This document shows, piece by piece, positions 1 through 13,655 of a stretch of 64,000 nt of DNA; positions within the stretch are counted from its first letter, which is position 1, and each line of letters opens with the position of its first letter. The position numbers and the translations under genes were made by a program. The notes under the pieces are model-generated. The model worked only from the letters and a program-made list of their open reading frames with translations. It was not told the DNA's origin and ran no database searches. This DNA is from Eledone cirrhosa (Eukaryota). The stretch lies in NCBI GenBank assembly GCA_964016885.1, contig OZ024740.1:144026001-144090000 (forward strand), given 5' to 3'.

Positions 1-2465
<2,465 letters not shown>

Positions 2466-3117
2466 CATCATCATCATCATCATCATCGTTTAACGTCCGT
2501 GTTCCACGCTTGCATGGGTTTGGACGGGGGTATTTCCACTTGAGGCAAGAGTGATTGTCTTGCTCGCATAGGACTGTCTGGCAGGTTTTCTACAGTTGGA
2601 TGCCCTTCCTAACACCAACCACATTTACAGTGTGGGACTGGGAGGTTTTTACGGTGTTGCCTACACGGCCACATTACAGCGTGGACTGTGTGTTTTTTTG
2701 TCGTGACACCTACACGATCTCATTTGTTTCGGCCTGGATGTTGTCGCACCAACATAACTTTACATAGGAGGGGGTGGTGTGGATGGGGTGTGGGTGGTGG
2801 GACGGGGGTGTATTTTGTTAGAGATGTTTACTGGCTGTAGTAGGTTTTACTATGTATTTAGGTAAGGCGGGTCTTCTCTATTACTGAGTACCGCCAAAGG
2901 TCTCGGTCCAGTGACATTGTCTTGGAGAGGTGTAAGTGTGTGAGGTCGGAGTTTATCAGCTCATCCCAGGTTTTTCTGGGTCTGCCTATTCCGTGGCTAC
3001 CGTCTATCTTTATTGCCCTGCACTTTGTTATACAGCTATCGTCCTTCATGCGCATTACGTCACCATACCAACGTAGCCTTCTCTCGAGTAGACAACATCT
3101 GATCCCTCTTATTTCTA
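2466..3117 (-). mobile_element. RTE-clade LINE family A, 5'-truncated 3' fragment
   Basis: C-terminal RRLRWYG..GRPRKTW peptide, 3' UTR and (GAT)n tail; both ends abut TA tracts. Confidence 0.9.
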
Positions 3118-3196
3118 TGTATATATATATATATACATATATATATGTATATATATATATGTATATATATATACATATGTATATATATATATATAT

Positions 3197-3431
3197 ATGT
3201 TGTTTACTCGAGAGAAGGCTACGTTGGTATGGTCACGTGATGCGCATGAAAGACAACAGCTGTATAACAAAGTGCAGGGCAATAAAGATAGTCGGTAGCT
3301 ACGGAGTAGGCAGACCCAGAAAAACCTGGGACGAGCTGATAAATTCCGACCTCACACACTTACACCTCTCCAAGACAATGTCACTGGACCGAGACCTTTG
3401 GCGGTGCTCAGTAATAGAGAAGACCCGCCTT
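3197..3431 (+). mobile_element. RTE family A ORF-end fragment fused to an upstream part of the same element
   Basis: [13 protein letters not shown]...KTRL, then a jump into the RRVTWWWN region. Confidence 0.85.
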
Positions 3432-5895
3432 AGGCAGGAGGAGAGTAACTTGGTGGTGGAACAGTAAGGTGGAGAGGTCAATCAAGGCCAAAAAGCAGGC
3501 TTGGAAAGCATGGCGGGATGGGGGAAGTAGAGAAGACTATCAAGTGGCCAGGAGGGAAGCTAGGAGACAAGTGTACTTCACAAGAAGGGAAGCAGAGGAA
3601 AGAAAGTTCAAGCATGTTCTACAACGCGAGTACCAAAAACGTGAGGTGTTCAGGATTGCTAGGCAATGTGTCAAGGAAAACAGTGATATTGTCGGGGAGA
3701 AGTGTGTCCTAAATGATGATGGTGTACTTGCCATCACTGATGCTGATGAGAAGGTAGCTTGGAAGTGTCACTACGAAAGGCTACTAAATGAGGAGAATAA
3801 TTGGGAGAAAGACAGTCTCCCCCACATCGACCCAATAGAGAGACCAGCAGTGATAGTTGAAGGTAGTATAATAAGTAAGGCAATCAAAGATATGAAGACG
3901 GGTAAGGCGGCTGGGCCTTCGGAAATAGTTGCTGAAATGCTGAAAGCATCTGGAACGGTGGGACACACTATGGTCACCCGGATAGTAAACCAAGTCATAC
4001 AGAATGGGGTCGTTCCGAAGGACTGGCGCAGCAGCATCATCATTAACTGCTACAAGGGTAAAGGTGATGCCCTAGATAGGGGAAACAATAGAGGCATTAA
4101 ATTAATTGACCAGGTCATGAAGGTCACAGAAAAAGTAATAGCGCAACTAATCAGAGAGCGAATTGATCTAGACGAAATGCAGTTCGGGTTTGTGTCAGGT
4201 AAAAGTACAACAGACGCTCATTTTATTGTACGACAACTACAGGAGAAGTACCTAGCTAAAGGTAAACCCCTATACTTAGCTTTTGTTGACTTGGAGAAAG
4301 CCTTCGACAGAGTACCCCGCTCGATTATCTGGTAGGCCCTTAGAAAACTAGGTGTTGATGAATGGCTTGTGAGAGCTATACAAGACATGTATAAAGAAAC
4401 AGCCAGCAAGGTTAGAATTAACAACGAATATAGTGAAGAGATTAGCGTAAAAGTTGGTGTTTATCAGGGCTCCATCCTTAGCCCCCTACTATTTATTATT
4501 GCCCTTCAGGCTATAACAGAGGAGTTCAAGACCGGCTGCCCATGGGAACTCTTATATGCAGATGATCTAACGCTCATAGCTGAATCAATGGCTGAACTAG
4601 AGAAGAAATTCCAAACATGGAAGCATGGCCTAGAATCAAAAGGCCTTAAAGTTAACTTGTCTAAGACTAAAGTTCTAGTTTGTAGGAAGGAAAATAGGGC
4701 ACCGGTACCATCTGGGAAATGGCCATGCTCAGTGTGTAGGAAAGGAGTAGGTAGACACTCCATTTTATGTCCCAAATGCAAAGTATGGGTACATAAAAGA
4801 TGTAGTGGGATCACAGGTAAACTATCTAAGAATATAGATTTTATATGTGGCCGGTGCTCTGGTGCAATAATTAGCAGCAAGTGCCCACATAATACTAACT
4901 CGTTCAATTGCACAGATGGTTCTATAGAAATAGTGGACAGCTTCCGTTACCTGGGTGATAAAATCAGCAGTGGGGCAGGGTGCTCTGAAAGTACAGTAGC
5001 TAGGGTCAAAACGGCATGGAAAAAATTCAGAGAGCTTATACCACTATTGGCCGCTAAAGGGTTCTCTCTAAAAATGAAGGGCAGGCTGTATGATGCCTGC
5101 ATACGGACAGCAATGTTACAGGGCAGTGAGACCTGGGCATTGTGTGCAGAGGATATACGCAGACTGGAGAGAAATGATGCTTGCATGCTCCGCTGGATGT
5201 GTAATAGTAACATACGTGAACGGCAAAGCATAAACGTACTAAGGGAGAAATTAGAAACAAGGGGGATCAGATGTTGTTTACTCGAGAGAAGACTACGTTG
5301 GTATGGTCACGTGATGGGCATGAAAGACGACAGCTGTATAAAAAAGTCCAGGGCAATAAAAATGGACAGTAGCCACGGAGTAGGCAGACCCAGAAAAACC
5401 TGGGACGACTTGATAAATTCCGACCTCACACACTTACACCTATCCAAGGAAATGTCACTGGCCCGAGATCTTTGGCTACACAGTAATAGAGAAGACACGC
5501 CCTAAGTACAAAGTGAAACCTACTACAGTCAGTATGCACCTAACATCCCACTATCCCCACCCCATCCACACCACCCCTTCAATGTAAAGTTATGTTGGCG
5601 TCACAACATCCAGCCCGACACAAATGAGGTCATATAGGTGTCACGGCAAAAAAACACACAGTCCACGCTGTAATGTGGCCGTGTAGGCAACACGGTAAAA
5701 ACCTCCCAGCTGGATCCCCTTCCTAACATCAACCACACTGTAATTGTGGTTGATGTTAGGAAGGGGATCCAGCCGTATAAAACCCGCCAGACAGTCCTAT
5801 GCGAGAAAGACAACCACTCTTGCCTCAAGTGGGAAAACCCCCGTCCAAACCCATGCAAGAGTGGAATATGGACGTTAAACGATGATGATGATGAT
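3432..5895 (+). mobile_element. RTE family A, 5'-truncated, RT plus PHD finger, disrupted ORF
   Basis: [16 protein letters not shown] and LYADD motifs; TAG at 4333-4335; 3' UTR and (GAT)n tail. Confidence 0.92.
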
Positions 5896-5931
5896 ATATA
5901 TATATACATATACATATATATATATATGTAA

Positions 5932-5964
<33 letters not shown>

Positions 5965-6182
5965 TATACATATATATGTATATATATATAGATATATATA
6001 CATATACATATAGATATATATACATATACATATATATATACATATATATATACACATATACATATACATATATATATACACATATATATATATATACATA
6101 TATATACATACATATATATATATATACATATATATACATACATATATATATATATATATATAAATATATATATACATATATA

Positions 6183-6522
6183 TCATTCATTTCATTTCAT
6201 TTTACGTCCACTTTTCCCTGCTTGCAAGGGTGGGACGGGAATTGATGCTGGCTTGATTTCTACAGCTGGATGCCCTTCCTAACACCAACCTCATTTACAG
6301 TGAGTGCTGGGTGCTTTTTTGTCGTGGCACCTCCACGACCACTTTGCAGTGGAATGATAGGGACCTCAGTCCCTATCATCTCATTTCTACAGCTGAGTAA
6401 ACTGGAGCAATGTGAAATAAAGTGTCTTGCTCAAGGAAACAACACATCACCCGGTCTGAGAATTGAACTCACAACCTTTCGATTGCAAGGCCAATGCTCT
6501 AACCACTAAGCCATGTGCCTCC

Positions 6523-6523
<1 letters not shown>
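6183..6523 (-). mobile_element. tRNA-derived CORE-type SINE with RTE-derived 3' tail
   Basis: Minus strand has A box TGGCTTAGTGG, B box GAGTTCAATTC and CORE-like CCTTGAGCAAGACACTT, then an RTE-like tail; second copy at 60025-60359. Confidence 0.8.
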
Positions 6524-6607
<84 letters not shown>

Positions 6608-6670
6608 GTAATAATAATAATGCAACGTTTTTTGAAATATCCAGTTCTGCGTTTACAGATTGACTTTGTT

Positions 6671-6721
6671 AGTTTCAGAAGATCCCGTTAAGGGTGAAAG
6701 CAGCGATTCTTTGCTTAAACT
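6671..6721 (+). ncRNA. Degenerate type I hammerhead ribozyme
   Basis: agttt-CAGAAGA-tccc(gttaa)gggt-GAAA-gca(9 nt)tgc-TT-aaact; one core change (U4A). Confidence 0.5.
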
Positions 6722-6739
6722 TTAATCGGTTATTTTAAT

Positions 6740-6783
6740 AAATATATATATACATATATATATATATATACATATATATATAC

Positions 6784-6828
<45 letters not shown>

Positions 6829-7247
6829 CATATATATACATATATATACATACATATATATACATATATATACATACATATATATACATATTTATACATA
6901 TATATACATACATATATATACATATTTATACATATATATATATATATACATACATATATATACATATATATATATACATATATATACATATATACACATA
7001 TATATACATATATATATACACATATATATACACATATATATACATATACATATATATATACATATATATATACATATATATACATATATATATACATACA
7101 TACATACATATACATATATATACATACATATACATATATATATACATACATATACATATACATATACACACACACACATATATATATACATATACACACA
7201 CACATATATATATATACATATACACACACACATATATATATACATAT

Positions 7248-7278
<31 letters not shown>

Positions 7279-7823
7279 CATATACACATATATATATATA
7301 CATATATATATATACATATACACATATATATATACACATATACACATATATATATACACATATATATATACATATACACACATATATATATACATATACA
7401 CATATATATATACACATATACACCTATATATATATACATATACACATATATATATACACATATACACATATATATATATATACATATACACATATATATA
7501 TACACACATATATATATACACACATATATATATATACACACATATATATATACACATATATATATACACACATATATATATACACATATATATACACATA
7601 TATATATACATACACATATATATACATATATATATTTACATATACATATATATACATATATATATTTACATATACATATATATACATATATATATATACA
7701 TATACATATATATACATATACATATATATACATATACATATATATACATATACACATATATATATACATATACATATATACATATATATATATATACATA
7801 TATATATATACATATATACATAT

Positions 7824-7874
<51 letters not shown>
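6740..7874. repeat. (TA)n/(TACA)n/(CA)n microsatellite
   Basis: Direct reading. Confidence 0.95.
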
Positions 7875-7877
<3 letters not shown>

Positions 7878-8465
7878 TCATCATCATCATCACCATTTTA
7901 CGTCCGTTCTTCCACGCTAGCATGGGTTAGACGGGTTGTCCTGTTGTGGGCAGTGTCTGGTCGGCTGACCATGCCTTGCTCATACAGGAACTGATCTGGC
8001 TTGATTTCTACAGCTGGATGCCCTTCCTAACACCAACCTCATTTACAGTGAGTGCTGGGTGCTTTTTCGTGGCGCCTACACGTCCACTTTACAGTGTGGG
8101 CTGGGTGCTTTTTTGCCGTGGCACCTCCACGACCACCTTGCGGTGGGGGGGGGGATATTGTTTATATGCTTCAGCATGTACCCATGGGAGGTCGGGTACC
8201 CTGTATTACTGCGTGACGCCAGAAGTCATGGTCGTGTGTCATTGACTTTGAGAGGTGTAGTTGGGTAAGGTCGGCTTTTATCACCTCATCCCAAGTCATC
8301 TTGGGTCTCCCCACTCCGCGGTTTCTATCAACTTCTAGTGCTCTGCACCTTTTTATGCAGCTGTCATCCTTCATACGCATCACATGTCCATACCAGCGTA
8401 ACCGCCTGCACGCAGCATTTGATTCCTCTTATGCTCAGTCTCTCTCTCAATTCCTTTATGCTTTG
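7875..8465 (-). mobile_element. RTE family B, short 3' fragment
   Basis: Near-identical to 8493-9085 apart from a small deletion; (GAT)n tail. Confidence 0.9.
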
Positions 8466-8492
8466 TATATATATATACATATGCTTATGTAT

Positions 8493-11483
8493 ATCATCAT
8501 CATCACCGTTTTACGTCCGTTCTTCCACGCTAGCATGGGTTAGACGGGTTGTCCTGTTGTGGGCAGTGTCTGGTCGGCTGACCATGCCTTGCTCATACAG
8601 GAACTGATCTGGCTTGATTTCTACAGCTGGATGCCCTTCCTAACACCAACCTCATTTACAGTGAGTGCTGGGTGCTTTTTCGTGGCGCCTACACGTCCAC
8701 TTTACAGTGTGGGCTGGGTGCTTTTTTGCCGTGGCACCTCCACGACCACCTTGCGGTGGGGGGGGGGGGATATTGTTTATATGCTTCAGCATGTACCCAT
8801 GGGAGGTCGGGTACCCTGTATTACTGCGTGACGCCAGAAGTCACGGTCGTGTGTCATTGACTTTGAGAGGTGTAGTTGGGTAAGGTCGGCTTTTATCACC
8901 TCATCCCAAGTCATCTTGGGTCTCCCCACTCCGCGGTTTCCATCAACTTCTAGTGCTCTGCACCTTTTTATGCAGCTGTCATCCTTCATACGCATCACAT
9001 GTCCATACCAGCGTAACCGCCTCTCCTGCACGCAGCATTTGATTCCTCTTATGCTCAGTCTCTCTCTCAATTCATTTATGCTTTGTCGTTCACGTATATT
9101 ACTGTTACACATCCATCGGAGCATGCAGGCTTCGTTTCTCTCTAATCTACGTAAGTCTTCCACCTTCAGCGCCCAGGTCTCACTACCATGCAACATCGCT
9201 GTTCGGATACACGCATCATACAGTCTGCCTTTCATTCTGAGGGAGAAGCCTTTTGCAGCTAGCAGTGGTAGTAGTTCCCTAAACTTCTTCCATCCCGTTC
9301 TTACCCTAGTTATTGTACTTTCTGAGCACCCACCTCCGTTGCTAATTCGGTCACCTAGGTAGCAGAAGCTGTCTACTGTTTCTACAGGGCCCTCCCAGAG
9401 ATTGGTGGTACTTGTTTCCTGTGGCTGTTTGCTTGCTGTTTCAGCACAGCTGCTGCATGTGAATCCTACATTCTTAATTAAGCTTCCTGAGATCCCGCTA
9501 CATCTCTTGTGTACCCATTGTTTGCATTTGGGGCAAAGAATGGAGTTCCTACCTACACCTTTCCTACATACTGAGCAAGGCCATTTCCCTGAGGGGATCT
9601 GGGTTCTGTTTTCTCGTCTACTTATAAGGACCTTAGTCTTTGTCATGTTGACTTTGAGGCCCTTTCTCTCTAGTCCCTGCTTCCAGGTTTGGAATTTATT
9701 CTCTAGTTCTACCATAGATTCAGCTATGAGTGCGAGGTCATCAGCATACAGGAGTTCCCATGGGCATCCGGTCTTAAACTCCTCCGTTATTGCCTGCAGG
9801 ACTATGATGAACAGGAGAGGGCTAAGAACAGAGCCCTGGTGGACCCCAACCTGTACGCTAAATTCCTCGCTATACTCATTGCCAATCCTAACTTTGCTGA
9901 CTGCTCCCCTATACATGGCTTGTACCGCTTTCACAAGCCATTCATCTACTCCTAGTTTTCTAAGAGCCCACCAGATTACTGCACGTGGAACTCTGTCAAA
10001 GGCTTTCTCAAGGTCGACAAATGCCAAGTAGAGTGGCTTACTTTTAGCTAGGTACTTTTCCTGTAATTGCCTCACAAGGAAGAGCGCATCAGTGGTGCCT
10101 TTCCCTGGTACAAACCCAAATTGCATCTCGTCTATATTCACCCAGTCCCTAATCAGCTGTGCTATAACTCTTTCTGTTACTTTCATGACCTGGTCCATCA
10201 ACTTTATACCTCTATAGTTTCCTCTATCTAGTGCATCGCCTTTACCTTTGTAGCAGTTGACAATGATGCTACTGCACCAATCTTTTGGTATGGCCCCCTC
10301 TAGTATTACCTGGTTAACGATACGTGTGGTTATAGTGTGACCTACAGACCCAGATGCCTTCAGCATCTCGGCAGCTATACCCGATGGACCGGTTGCCTTC
10401 CCTATCTTCATATCTCTGATTGCCTTACTTACTACGCTGCCGCTGACTTGTACTGCTGGTCCCTCTATAGGGTCTACGTGGGGTAGGGTCTCTTCTTCCC
10501 ATGCATTCTCCTCATTTAGTAATCTATCATAATGACTCTTCCATGCATCTTTCTTCTCAGCACTTGTGAGGGCAAGCTCACCTTTATCATTCCGGATACA
10601 CTTCTCTCCAATGACATCACAACTATCTCTGACACACTGCCTCGCAATCTTGAATACCTCCTGTTTCTGGTCCTCACGTTGTAAAACATGCTTGAATTTT
10701 CTATCCTCTGCTTCCCTCCTAGCTAAGTATACTTGTCGCCTAGCTTCCCTCTTGGTCTCTATGTAATGTACCCTGCTCCCCCCGTTCTTCCATTCTTTCC
10801 ATGCCTGTCTCTTGGCCTTGACTGCTTCATCTACCTTATTGTTCCACCACCAAGTCACTCTCCTCCTGCTTGAGGTCTTACTCCAGCCACAAACCTCATC
10901 CGTCACCTCTAGTAAGTTATTTTTTAGGAACTCCCAGTTCTCTTCTACGTTAAATGTCTCTATCTGTTCTTCTTTACTGTCGTAGGCGTTGAGTAAAATA
11001 TCTTTAAATCTGTTACTGGTTGAGGGGACTTTCAGCTTCCAGATCTTTCTTCTCCAGGTTGGCCTCTGTTTCAGGGCTCGTCTAGTTCTGACCGTGAGGT
11101 CGCTGACAACTAAGCTATGTTGGGATGTACATTCATCACTAGGGAAGGCTTTTGTGTTTACGACCGTCCATCTGTCACGTCCTCTGATGAGGATAAAATC
11201 TAACTGACTAGAGTGCTCCCCTGATCTATAGGTGATCAGGTGGTTGTCGGGTTTTTTAAAGTTTGTGTTACATATCGACATGTCATTGGCGTCGCAGAAT
11301 TCTAGAAGTCTGAATCCTTCCTCATTCCTTGTGCCAACTCCATGGCCTCCATGTACTCTATTGAAGCCGTCGCAGTGTTTACCTACGTGTCCGTTAAAAT
11401 CTCCTGCAATGATTAGGAAGTCCTTGTCGTCTGTTAGAGCAGTAGTGTGTATTAGGGACTCGTAAAACCTATCCTTAAGTTTG
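8493..11483 (-). mobile_element. RTE family B, 5'-truncated within the APE endonuclease; ORF open from ~11483 to stop at 8786
   Basis: GDFNGH, SQLDFIL and SQHSLV (APE); [16 protein letters not shown] and YADD (RT); C4HC3 finger; no stop codons. Confidence 0.95.
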
Positions 11484-11488
11484 TATAC

Positions 11489-11519
<31 letters not shown>

Positions 11520-11520
<1 letters not shown>

Positions 11521-11810
11521 GAGGGATAGAATGTAGTGTACGGGAGAGGACACTGAGGTGGTATGGACATGTGATGCGCATGGAGGATGACCGATGGGTG
11601 AAGAAGTGCCAGGAAATGCCAGTTGAAGGAAGACGTGGTAGAGGTAGACCACGAAAAACATGGGCGGAGGTGGTGAGAACAGACCTCAGATCATTGAAGC
11701 TCATGGTGGAGATGACGAGGGACCGTGACGAGTGGAGAGATGCTGTGCTGAATAAGACCCGTTCCACCCTTGCAAGCAGGGAAAAGCGGACGTAAAATGA
11801 TGATGATGAT
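11520..11810 (+). mobile_element. RTE family C 3' fragment (ORF reads through the terminal stem-loop)
   Basis: [31 protein letters not shown], followed directly by (GAT)n. Confidence 0.88.
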
Positions 11811-12747
<937 letters not shown>

Positions 12748-12759
12748 CGCTAGGAATTA

Positions 12760-12933
12760 AGGTTTGAAAATACGCTAGATTAAGAATTAAGGAATTTATA
12801 AGAAGGAGAAGAGATAGGAGTGTATTTTTGTTAATCGCTTGTTAAATGCAAGGACCCCATTCAAATCATTACCTCCTATCTCTTCTCCTTCTTATAAATT
12901 CCTTAATTCTTAATCTAGCGTATTTTCAAACCT
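12760..12933. repeat. Perfect 61-bp inverted repeat with 52-bp spacer
   Basis: 12760-12820 is the reverse complement of 12873-12933; the spacer recurs at ~13362-13412. Confidence 0.85.
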
Positions 12934-13067
12934 CAATCCCTAATTCTAGCGTATTTTCAAAACAAAAAAACAAAATCCTTTCCTTCTTCCTTCTTTCGAA
13001 ACTCCTGCTACTTCGAAGGCATGGGGCGGTCAAACGCCTAACACACACAACCATCATGCCCCCCCCC

Positions 13068-13103
<36 letters not shown>

Positions 13104-13442
13104 GATAAGAATTCACTTCGCCAAATTTCATTGCTTTGCTGTCTACCCCACGATATACATGTAACGTAATGTACATATTTTCCTTCATCTCTACCTCCAC
13201 AAATCCTAATTCCCCATTTCCTAATTCTAGCGTATTTTCAAAACAATCCATATTTCGTATCAAGTCCAAATAGCCAATCTATCGCTAAAACAATCTACAT
13301 TTTTTGTATTTATTAATTGTTAAATACGAAAGTTTTGGGTCGTATTGAACAGAACAAATTTTGTATTTTTGTTAATCGCTTGTTAAATGCAAGGACCCCA
13401 TTCAATCATTACCTTCTATCTAGCTACCCAACACCCCTCCCT

Positions 13443-13546
13443 CCCGCCCCCACGAACCACCATTGCTATTACGTGGACCAATCATAAGCCAGAGCCCCCA
13501 CGCATCACCAGTATTATTACGCGGACCAATCAGAAGCCAGAGGCCT
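13443..13546 (+). promoter_or_regulatory. Candidate RTE-A internal promoter: GC box plus two tandem CCAAT repeats
   Basis: cccgccccc at 13443; repeated TATTACG(T/C)GGACCAATCA(T/G)AAGCCAGAG at 13467 and 13515, ending ~110 bp before the ATG. Confidence 0.35.
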
Positions 13547-13655
13547 ATACTATCGCTTGCCTGTTTGCCTTTCGATATATGATGGATGGATGGATGGACT
13601 GCGGAATCCTGGAGAGTGGAGCAGAGAGAGAGAAAAATCTGGACACTCAGCGACA

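Noticed and set aside
6455-6523. tRNA genes at SINE heads (also 54118 and 60290)
   Set aside because: No complete cloverleaf; they continue into SINE bodies.
9402-10031. Antisense ORFs over the LINE RT regions
   Set aside because: Typical shadow ORFs of the coding strand with no recognisable domains.
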